Assembly: GCA_964448615.1 (NCBI GenBank)
Contig: CAYUWH010000003.1
Coordinates: 1 to 60,482, forward strand
Length of the DNA: 60,482 nt
DNA from: an uncultured Candidatus Peribacteria bacterium
GTDB taxonomy: Bacteria; Patescibacteriota; Gracilibacteria; Peribacterales; Peribacteraceae
Direction of reading: 5' to 3'
Below are positions 1 to 7,224 of this stretch, one piece after another. Position 1 is the first letter of the stretch; each line of letters opens with the position of its first letter. Made by a program: the position numbers and the translations under genes. The notes under the pieces were generated by a model that saw nothing but the letters and a program-made list of their open reading frames with translations, searched no databases and had not been told where the DNA came from.

Positions 1-102
1 GAGCCAGTAAATGCTGCTCCTACAAGTGTCTAGGCCATCTTCTGTATTAATTGTACGTTCTGCCTTGCATGGGTTTCAGTATAGCAAATTGTAGGAGCCT
101 TG

Positions 103-1008
103 TCATGATCTTTCCCAGGAAAGTATGAATCCTTGTTTAGGATAAAAACAGCCGGGGTATTTCCAAAATATTTTTTCTGGTGCCGGATGTTGCACCACTT
201 GGAATTCGTCACTGCTGAATTCCGAAATTTTCAAAGTCATATTTGCAGGATAATCCAGAACTTTTACGGAGACGTTCGAAGTCGGAGTTAAAAAGAAGTG
301 TTCGAGTGTATCTTTTTTTAAATTCACGTCGTTATAAATCTGACTGAGTGTCATTTTTACAATCAAAGTACTATCTTTCGGAAAGGCAATGTCATGACGA
401 TATTCGTCATGCTTATCTCCAAATTTATCCACAATAGCGGCACTGTTATTCAGGGGAATTTCACGATCCCCATTCCCGTTCTCGCCATCAAAATTGTAGT
501 ACGCCTTTAATTCGGAACGAGTCCATTTTGGATCACGATCAATGCCCCACTTAAATGGATAAATCGTATCGATACCCAATACGTTCTGCATCCAGAATAT
601 CGTGTACATCGTGACCTTTAATTTTCCATCGGGCGTAACAGTGAAATCGTATGTGAGCTTGTATTGGTCACGCATGAATTGCAGGCCGTTAAATACTGTG
701 CGGCGCAGCTCATTAAAAAGAGGTTCAGGAATTTGTCGTGCAAAGACACTCTGAAGAACATCGTTTGCGATTTGCTCTCGATGCTCTTTGAAAGATGCTG
801 CCAGCTCTCGTCGCAAAAAGCGTTCATTGATGTACTTAATGCCCCATGCTACGAAACATGCGATACCGATATCGCGCATGGACTCAGCAAGGAGGGGAGT
901 CGCATGGATAAATTCAAGATGCGACAATACGACGAGCACAGTACCAGCCGTACAAAGGGCAAAATTACTGAATAACTCGTCTCGTTCGTTCTTAATCCAC
1001 TTTCCCAT
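103..1008 (-). CDS. hypothetical membrane-anchored protein, family not recognised
   Basis: 301-aa ORF in the track. Two hydrophobic N-terminal segments (FALCTAGTVLVVLSHLEFI, IGIACFVAWGI) are followed by a ~220-aa soluble region. No catalytic motif recognised. Visibly AT-richer than the flanking genes. Confidence 0.5.
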   Translation of the reverse strand: MGKWIKNERDELFSNFALCTAGTVLVVLSHLEFIHATPLLAESMRDIGIACFVAWGIKYINERFLRRELAASFKEHREQIANDVLQSVFARQIPEPLFNELRRTVFNGLQFMRDQYKLTYDFTVTPDGKLKVTMYTIFWMQNVLGIDTIYPFKWGIDRDPKWTRSELKAYYNFDGENGNGDREIPLNNSAAIVDKFGDKHDEYRHDIAFPKDSTLIVKMTLSQIYNDVNLKKDTLEHFFLTPTSNVSVKVLDYPANMTLKISEFSSDEFQVVQHPAPEKIFWKYPGCFYPKQGFILSWERS

Positions 1009-1045
1009 ATTGTTGCTGAAAATAAGCGATATTCCTCAAATACCT

Positions 1046-1189
1046 TTATTTCTTCTTTTTCTGCACTGTCAGGCGCTTGCGGCCTGTGGATCTCCTGCGT
1101 GCGAGAACCTGGCGACCGTTTTTGGTTGCCATACGGCTCCGGAAACCGTGTTTACGTAGACGCCGACGCCATTTGAGTTTTCCGAGCAC
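1046..1189 (-). CDS. rpmH: 50S ribosomal protein L34
   Basis: Own minus-strand translation: GTG start, then [46 protein letters not shown], then TAA. The core HGFRxRMxTxxGRxVLxRRRxxGRKxLT is the L34 signature. At 47 aa it is below the ORF-track cutoff. Confidence 0.85.
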   Translation of the reverse strand: MLGKLKWRRRLRKHGFRSRMATKNGRQVLARRRSTGRKRLTVQKKKK

Positions 1190-1261
1190 GGGAGAAAAGG
1201 GAAGGAAACTTGGTTGACGGAGAGTACAGAATCGAACGCCGAAGCGTCAAGGGGATTTTAG

Positions 1262-1333
1262 AGCTTATAGCTTATAGGAGTCAGCTTTTAGGCGGTAAAT
1301 TCCTTTTTCTATAAGCTATCAGCTAAAAGCTAG
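1262..1333. repeat. intergenic word-built complementary repeats (AGCTTATAG / AGCTTTTAG words)
   Basis: AGCTTATAG (1262-1270) is the exact reverse complement of CTATAAGCT (1309-1317). AGCTTTTAG (1283-1291) is the exact reverse complement of CTAAAAGCT (1323-1331). The order is interleaved (X Y X' Y'), and the last word overlaps the stop codon of the 1330-1869 gene. Confidence 0.6.
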
Positions 1334-1869
1334 TACTTCACGTTCGTCTCTTCCGCCCCGGCATTGATGTTGGCGGCGCGAGCAAGGAGGAAGAGGAGGT
1401 CACTCAGGCGATTAAGGTAGATCAGTACGTCAGCGTTGATTACTTCCTGTTCGCGCAAGGCAACGCCCCACCGTTCCGCCCGGCGGCATACCGTGCGCGC
1501 GTGATGGAGAAGGCTTCCAAGAGAAGAGCCACTTGGAAGAATGAATGCTGTAAGAGGGGGGAGCGTGCGCTCCAGTTCCTGTATATGTGTTTCCAGCTCC
1601 TGACTTTCTGCAGGCTGGATGCGCTTGGCGTTCGCGGGGCCCGGGAGAGGGGTGGCAAGGTCTGCGCCGACATGAAAGAGTTGATGCTGAATGCGTGTGA
1701 TGAGTGCGCAGAAGGTTTCGTCGGTTGCGGCAGAGAGAATGACACCGAGCAGTGCATTGAGTTCATCGACGGTGCCGATGGCGTGCATCCGAAGATCGCT
1801 TTTGGAAACGCGCGCTCCTCCGTAGAGACCCGTCGTTCCGTTATCGCCGGTTTTGGTGACGATGGACAT
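1330..1869 (-). CDS. ATP:cob(I)alamin adenosyltransferase, PduO/MMAB type
   Basis: 179 aa. The N-terminus MSIVTKTGDNGTTGLYGGARVSKSDLRMHAIGTVDELNALLG is the typical PduO-type signature (TKxGDxGxT...R..K....G..DELN). Confidence 0.85.
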   Translation of the reverse strand: MSIVTKTGDNGTTGLYGGARVSKSDLRMHAIGTVDELNALLGVILSAATDETFCALITRIQHQLFHVGADLATPLPGPANAKRIQPAESQELETHIQELERTLPPLTAFILPSGSSLGSLLHHARTVCRRAERWGVALREQEVINADVLIYLNRLSDLLFLLARAANINAGAEETNVKY

Positions 1870-1878
1870 GGTGCGTCG

Positions 1879-1959
1879 TGTACTGGTTACTGGTTACTCG
1901 TGTACTCGTACATACTCGTCACGAGTTGCGCACGAGTATACCAGTATACGAGTATACGT
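1879..1959. repeat. imperfect inverted repeat built from TACTCGT/TACTGGT words (family copy 1)
   Basis: Left arm GTACTGGTTACTGGTTACTCGTGTACTCGTACATACTCGT, right arm ACGAGTATACCAGTATACGAGTATACG. ATACTCGT/ACGAGTAT pair around a central loop. Shares the 12-mer CGCACGAGTATA (1929-1940) with the copy at 18346-18357. Lies between the pheT stop and the adenosyltransferase start. Confidence 0.7.
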
Positions 1960-1963
1960 ATTC

Positions 1964-4345
1964 TCAATGATTAATATCCGCGAGTAATTTCTCGTGTTCC
2001 TTCTTCGCTTCCTCCTCCGTCAACGTGCGGTCCGCAGCGCGGTAGGTGAAGCGCAGTGTGAGGTTGTACGCGCCGGACGTGTGTTGCTTGCCTTGATACA
2101 GATCCGCGACGCGCACTTCTTCCAGGAGTGCCGATTTCGCTTTCAATGTCTGCAGCAGCGCATTCGCTTCTTTGTCCTGTGACCAGGGCAGTGTGACGTC
2201 GTAGCTGATGGCGGGGAATTGTGGAATCGGCGTGGCGTATTTCTCGTTCGGCTTTTTGGAAAGGACTTGCGAAAGGTTGACGGTTGCGGCCGCCGCACGA
2301 TGCTCAAAACCGAAGCGTTGCCGGATCGAGGGATGCACTTCGAACATGCTGCCGGCAGCCTTTCCATCGACGATAACATCCGCATGGCGCCCTGGATGCA
2401 TGTAGGCGGCATGCTCTTTTGCGGTACGATATTCCGCTTCATAGCCCATTTCTTGTAGCGCTACTGTCAGATCCTGAGAGAGATGTAAAAACGGATCATC
2501 GATAAGCGCAGTCTCTTGTTTGGCGACGTACAGCAGGCCGAGTTCCGTGTGCTCCGGTTTTTTGACATGGAACACGTGGCTGCGATGGAAGGTTTTGAGC
2601 GGACCGTGCGAGAGTAATATATTTTGTTTCGCGTGCACCAACAGCTGCGGTAACGTGGATGTTTGCATCAGCGCGAAATCTTCATTCAATGGATTAGCGA
2701 TGCGCACTGCTTCTTTGGGATCCATGCCGCACTTCGTGAGCAGTTCTGCGCTGACGAGCGAGAGAGGCAGAATTTCCAAATAGCCATCGCCTTTCAGTGC
2801 TCTGCGAAGTTGATGCGTGTGAAGATCGCGAACGGGAATGCGAATGGGGGCCGTGGGCGTCTGTTCCGGAGAACGATCATAGCCATGTACGCGTGCGATT
2901 TCTTCTACAAGATCCGCCGGAATGCGCAGATCACGCAGACGATGGAGCGGAGGAGTGATCACCAGTGTGCGCTTCTTTGCATCGGACTTCACGGTGCACC
3001 CGAGTGATTCCAAAATATCTTTCACTTCTTTGGCGGGAAGTTCCATTCCCAGCATGCCGTTCAAATAGTCCTGTGAAAGCGTGATTGGTTCGGGTTCTCC
3101 ATCGCTGCCCCAGGTGAGCATTTCCGATTCGATGTTTGCACCGGGACAATGTTCGAGAAAGAGTTCGATCGCGCGTTTGAGTGCATGCTCGACCATCACG
3201 GGAGGCACCCCTTTTTCGAAGATCGTCGAGGCATCGGTGCGATGGCCGACCGATTGCATGGCCTTGCGAATGTGGAGAGAGCTAAAGGACGGGGCGTGAA
3301 GGAAAAACGAGCGCGTGGCATCGGTGGTGGCGCTCCGTGCATCACCCATGATGCCGCAGAGATCGAAGATTCCCGCATTGTCTTCAAAAACGATGATGCC
3401 CTCATCAAGCGTGCGCTTCACGCCATCAAGCGTTGTGACTGCTTCTCCCGCATCCGTTTCACGGAACGTGAGTGTCTTGCCTTGCAGCTGATCGCGATCG
3501 AACGCATGCAGCGGGACACCGGTTTCCATCATGACGTAGTTGGTGATATCGACGGGCAGATTGATGGAGCGAATGCCAACCGCCTCAAGGCGTTGCTTCA
3601 TCCAATCTGGTGTTTCGCCATGCTCACGTACTTTCAAGCAGCAGGCGGCATAGCGCGGTACCAATTCCTCACGCGTGCATTTGATGGCGAAGGGAAGGGG
3701 GGCTGACGAGAATGAAACGTTCGGTGTTTTCGGCTGGCCTTTCTTCCAGGTCGCGAGTCCGACCGCCACACATTCACGTGCGAATCCACTGTGCGAAAAA
3801 AGATCGGGACGGTTGGTGATCGCGGTGTTGGAAATGTCGAGTGTCGTATCGGTGAGATCCAGTGCTTTGCGCAGATCTGCTCCAACCTTCATCTTCCCAA
3901 GGTTCACAATCGGGCGTTCGCCATCTTCTTCCGAGGGGGAAAACATTCCTTCCAATCCCAATTCTTCTGCCGCGCAAATCATGCCCTCGCTTTCCTCTCC
4001 GCGAATTTTGACGGGGGCGAGTGTCATCAATTCTCCTCCGTGCCACTTCACGGTCGCACCGATGTGCGCGAACGCGACGAGCATGCCTTCCTTCAGGTTC
4101 GTTCCTCCGCACACCACACGCTTCGTTCCCTTGTCCGTTTCCACGTCAGCCAAGGAAAGCTTGTCGGCATTGGGATGTTTGGTGATCGAGAGAACCTTGC
4201 CGACACAGCAGTGCGCGAGCAGCGCTCCTTTTGTACTCACGTGCTCCACTTCCGCAACACTCAGCGTCAGACGATCGGCGATCGCCTGCGGATCAGTCTC
4301 TTGCCACTCGACGAATTCCGAAAGCCAGTTCAGGGAAATCTTCAT
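1964..4345 (-). CDS. pheT: phenylalanine--tRNA ligase beta subunit
   Basis: The 814-aa ORF contains the canonical PheT N-terminus MKISLNWLSEFVEW at an internal Met (start set to 4345, giving 793 aa). Length and the C-terminal region (YNLTLRFTYRAADRTLTEEE) are typical of bacterial PheT. Confidence 0.9.
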   Translation of the reverse strand: MKISLNWLSEFVEWQETDPQAIADRLTLSVAEVEHVSTKGALLAHCCVGKVLSITKHPNADKLSLADVETDKGTKRVVCGGTNLKEGMLVAFAHIGATVKWHGGELMTLAPVKIRGEESEGMICAAEELGLEGMFSPSEEDGERPIVNLGKMKVGADLRKALDLTDTTLDISNTAITNRPDLFSHSGFARECVAVGLATWKKGQPKTPNVSFSSAPLPFAIKCTREELVPRYAACCLKVREHGETPDWMKQRLEAVGIRSINLPVDITNYVMMETGVPLHAFDRDQLQGKTLTFRETDAGEAVTTLDGVKRTLDEGIIVFEDNAGIFDLCGIMGDARSATTDATRSFFLHAPSFSSLHIRKAMQSVGHRTDASTIFEKGVPPVMVEHALKRAIELFLEHCPGANIESEMLTWGSDGEPEPITLSQDYLNGMLGMELPAKEVKDILESLGCTVKSDAKKRTLVITPPLHRLRDLRIPADLVEEIARVHGYDRSPEQTPTAPIRIPVRDLHTHQLRRALKGDGYLEILPLSLVSAELLTKCGMDPKEAVRIANPLNEDFALMQTSTLPQLLVHAKQNILLSHGPLKTFHRSHVFHVKKPEHTELGLLYVAKQETALIDDPFLHLSQDLTVALQEMGYEAEYRTAKEHAAYMHPGRHADVIVDGKAAGSMFEVHPSIRQRFGFEHRAAAATVNLSQVLSKKPNEKYATPIPQFPAISYDVTLPWSQDKEANALLQTLKAKSALLEEVRVADLYQGKQHTSGAYNLTLRFTYRAADRTLTEEEAKKEHEKLLADINH

Positions 4346-4430
4346 GCCGAGATGGTAGCGGAGCTGCCGGATACATGGTAGATCGCTCGTCAATTGACCC
4401 TCTTGCACTCAGGGTGCAAGATTGCGTCGC

Positions 4431-5075
4431 ATGTTGCAAAGCCCAGCTCGACAGCCCCAATTCGTAGCTGATTGGTTTTCAGTCCATATTCCCTCTTGGG
4501 AACGGCATTTTGCTGTTTTTGCCGGAAAGCCAAATATCCATGCACTGGAGATAGGGAGCTGGGAAGGACGCAGTGCTTGCTGGCTTTTGCAGAATATTCT
4601 TACAGATCCCAGTTCGCGTATTACTTGTGTGGATGCGTTCCCGACGCAGAATGAATATCTGGATGAAATTTCAAAACGTTTCTGTCATCTGCCCGCCGAT
4701 TTTTGTGTTGAAGAATGTTTTGATGCCAACATTGAGGCGGTGGGCGGTGCAAAGAAAACAAGCAAGCGCAAAGGGGAATCATGTCGAGTTTTGCGGACGC
4801 TACCCTTCGATTCGTTTGATTTGATTTACATTGATGGCTCTCACATGGCGTCGAATGTTCTTACCGATGCCGTCCTTTCCTGGGACTTGCTGCATGTACA
4901 TGGTCTACTGGTATTCGATGATTACAATTGGTCCATTGATCGTAATCCCATTCATGCTCCTCGTGCGGCGATCGATGCTTTTCTCAGTGTGTTTGCGGAA
5001 CAGTATGCAGTGCTTGAGCATGGAGCGCAGGTCATTCTCCGCAAGTTGCCGAACCCATCACGGTATCTTCTCTAA
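4431..5075 (+). CDS. class I SAM-dependent methyltransferase (Methyltransf_24-like)
   Basis: Motifs seen: DWFSVHIPSW, the glycine-rich motif I HALEIGSWEGRS, and LIYIDGSH. The first ATG at 4431 was chosen; the track ORF opens at a TTG at 4422. Confidence 0.75.
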   Translation: MLQSPARQPQFVADWFSVHIPSWERHFAVFAGKPNIHALEIGSWEGRSACWLLQNILTDPSSRITCVDAFPTQNEYLDEISKRFCHLPADFCVEECFDANIEAVGGAKKTSKRKGESCRVLRTLPFDSFDLIYIDGSHMASNVLTDAVLSWDLLHVHGLLVFDDYNWSIDRNPIHAPRAAIDAFLSVFAEQYAVLEHGAQVILRKLPNPSRYLL

Positions 5076-5192
5076 AAACAGTGCGGAGCATGTCAACATC
5101 GTTTGACAAACTTGCTCGAACGGGCGTGGCATTCTTGTGAGGAAAAAACGTGAAGAGTATCCTGAGAACCTCTTCCCTTCCTTCCGTTTCGT

Positions 5193-5450
5193 ATGTTTTC
5201 AAAATCCAAAAACGGTCCGTGTCCCACCTGCAAAGTCACGGGTCTTGTTATGATGGTTGTGGGGTATCTCGTTCTTCTCTTGTCGCTGGTCGGTGTCGTC
5301 ATGGCGCATATCGGCACGGAGGATGTGCCTGTCGTCTTCGGCACAATGAGCGGATCCCTCTCACTCTTGGTGTTTGTGGCATCCCTGTTCTTCGTAAAGA
5401 AGATGGGGAGCTGCTGCCCCTGCCAGTGTGAGCTTCCGAAGAAAAAGTAA
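5193..5450 (+). CDS. small hypothetical membrane protein with Cys-rich C-terminus
   Basis: 85 aa. Two hydrophobic helices (LVMMVVGYLVLLLSLVGVVM, LSLLVFVASLFFV) and a CCPCQC tail. No family recognised. Confidence 0.4.
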   Translation: MFSKSKNGPCPTCKVTGLVMMVVGYLVLLLSLVGVVMAHIGTEDVPVVFGTMSGSLSLLVFVASLFFVKKMGSCCPCQCELPKKK

Positions 5451-5529
5451 GCGAATCACGGTTTTAGAAGAAGGGCCGTTTGACATTGAGCAGATGGCCC
5501 TTTGTTGTGTACACTGCTGCCCCAACCAA

Positions 5530-5620
<91 letters not shown>

Positions 5621-5644
5621 GAACCAGACCGGCAATCAAAACAA

Positions 5645-5670
5645 GAGTAATTCAGGAATTGCTCTTTTTT
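5645..5670 (+). terminator. intrinsic terminator after tRNA-Ser
   Basis: Stem GAGTAATT (5645-5652) pairs with AATTGCTC (5657-5664), loop CAGG, followed by T6 (5665-5670). Confidence 0.7.
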
Positions 5671-5746
5671 CATATAACAAGTGCCGGTCGGTTCATGGCG
5701 CGCCCTGTACCCGATCTGCCAAAGGCAGAGAGTGGTACAGGGCCAT

Positions 5747-5775
5747 TTGACATACCCACACCCTTCATCTTGAAT
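5747..5775 (+). promoter_or_regulatory. sigma70-like promoter of ncRNA unit 1
   Basis: TTGACA (5747-5752), 17-nt spacer, TTGAAT (5770-5775). The unit's first G (5782) lies 7 nt downstream. Confidence 0.7.
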
Positions 5776-5781
5776 CGCCCC

Positions 5782-6082
5782 GATCCAATTGCTTAGTTCT
5801 TTCACGAGAACTCACTCTGCGCTCTTGTAGTGCAGGGTTGACCTCCGATAAATACCATCCGGTGTCCGGATGGAGGAGGTATGGACGGTCGTGAGATCGT
5901 TCAGTCTGCCTGGCTCTTTGCACGGCTGCCTTGGTAGCCAGGGCCCGTCGCGTTGCTCCGTGCCGCAGGCCTAACCAGGCAGCCCTGCAACTTCTCGTTG
6001 CAAAGTTTTTTCCAAAACTTCGCAACGACAAGATTCCACGAATTGGATCATTCCGGGGAGATGCTTCTCCCCGGATTTTTTT
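5782..6082 (+). ncRNA. retron-like structured ncRNA, unit 1
   Basis: 5' GATCCAATT (5782-5790) is complementary to 3' AATTGGATC (6041-6049). Conserved scaffold to about 5908, unit-specific arm 5909-6035, CCACG at 6036-6040. Terminator CCGGGGAG/CTCCCCGG plus a T-run at 6053-6082. Confidence 0.75.
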
Positions 6083-6121
6083 AGTTCAACTAGTTGTTGG
6101 CGCATTCTCACGTACTGGTAT

Positions 6122-6150
6122 TTGACATATTCATGCAATCCGCATTCAAT
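6122..6150 (+). promoter_or_regulatory. sigma70-like promoter of ncRNA unit 2
   Basis: TTGACA (6122-6127), 17-nt spacer, TTCAAT (6145-6150). The unit starts at 6157. Confidence 0.7.
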
Positions 6151-6156
6151 ATCGCC

Positions 6157-6450
6157 GATCCAATTGCTTAGTTCTTTCACGAGAACTCACCCTGCACTCT
6201 TGTAGTGCAGGGCTGACCTTCGCCAAAGACCATCCGGCGTCCGGATGGAGGAGGTATGGACGGTCGTGAGACCGTTCAGTCTTGTTGGCATTCGGAAGGC
6301 ATGCGTTATGTCGTTCCGGCCCTTCGCTTCGCTCAGAGCCGCAACTTAATAACGCAGCCATGCCGACCAAATGCATAAAGAAAACTCGTTTTCTTTATGC
6401 ATTCGGATCCACGAATTGGATCACCCCGGGAGGGCTCGCTCTCCCGGATT
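6157..6450 (+). ncRNA. retron-like structured ncRNA, unit 2
   Basis: 5' GATCCAATT (6157-6165) pairs with AATTGGATC (6414-6422). Scaffold to about 6283, specific arm 6284-6408, CCACG at 6409-6413. GC hairpin CCGGGAG/CTCCCGG at 6426-6447 with only a weak T-run (ATTGT). Confidence 0.75.
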
Positions 6451-6496
6451 GTACGTGCCCAACCACTTGTTGTTGGCAGATTCCATTCTTCGATAT

Positions 6497-6525
6497 TTGA
6501 CATGTCATGATAATCCATCTTCAAT
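6497..6525 (+). promoter_or_regulatory. sigma70-like promoter of ncRNA unit 3
   Basis: TTGACA (6497-6502), 17-nt spacer, TTCAAT (6520-6525). The unit starts at 6532. Confidence 0.7.
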
Positions 6526-6531
6526 ACTCTA

Positions 6532-6818
6532 GATCCAATTGCTTAGTTCTTTCACGAGAACTCACCCTGTACCCATCGTGGTACGGGGTTGACCTTCGCC
6601 AAAGATCATCCGGCGTCCGGATGGAGGAGGTATGGATGACCGCGAGGTTATCCGGTCGGACTGGCTAGCAGGGCTTGTCGCACTTGAGGGTGCCCTCGCT
6701 TCGCTCGAGGCATACCCTCTTCGTACGACGACGCCCTGACAGGCACTGACAAAGCGTTGTCAGTGCCTGTGTACCACGAATTGGATCGCCCCGGGGGAGT
6801 TCTCTCTCCCGGATTTTT
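6532..6818 (+). ncRNA. retron-like structured ncRNA, unit 3
   Basis: 5' GATCCAATT (6532-6540) pairs with AATTGGATC (6779-6787). Scaffold to about 6659, specific arm 6660-6773, CCACG at 6774-6778. Terminator hairpin 6791-6812 plus T5 at 6814-6818, which overlaps the next -35. Confidence 0.75.
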
Positions 6819-6845
6819 GACAAGTACAAAAAATCATCTTTACTG
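6817..6845 (+). promoter_or_regulatory. sigma70-like promoter of ncRNA unit 4
   Basis: TTGACA (6817-6822), 17-nt spacer, TTACTG (6840-6845; a weaker -10). The unit starts at 6851. Confidence 0.55.
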
Positions 6846-6850
6846 CTCTA

Positions 6851-7143
6851 GATCCAATTGCTTAGTTCTTTCACGAGAACTCACCCTGTACCCATCGTGG
6901 TACGGGGTTGACCTTCGCCAAAGATCATCCGGCGTCCGGATGGAGGAGGTATGGATGACCGCGAGGTCTCCAGTCTGCTGTGCTTTGACCTTCGAGCGAC
7001 TACTTTGGGTTCAGCCATTCGCTTCGCTTATGGCTGCCCCGGCGTATCGCCCGAAGCTCACGGCGTCACAATCAATGCTACGCATTCATTGTGACCCAGA
7101 CCCACGAATTGGATCACCCCGGGAGGGCTCGCTCTCCCGGATT
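6851..7143 (+). ncRNA. retron-like structured ncRNA, unit 4
   Basis: 5' GATCCAATT (6851-6859) pairs with AATTGGATC (7107-7115). The first 117 nt are identical to unit 3. Specific arm 6978-7101, CCACG at 7102-7106. The 3' hairpin (7119-7140) is identical to that of unit 2. Confidence 0.75.
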
Positions 7144-7189
7144 GTACGTGCCCAACCACTTGTTGTTGGCAGATTCCATTCTTCGATAT

Positions 7190-7218
7190 TTGACATGTCA
7201 TGATAATCCATCTTCAAT
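7190..7218 (+). promoter_or_regulatory. sigma70-like promoter of ncRNA unit 5
   Basis: TTGACA (7190-7195), 17-nt spacer, TTCAAT (7213-7218). Identical to the unit 3 promoter. The unit starts at 7225. Confidence 0.7.
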
Positions 7219-7224
7219 ACTCTA

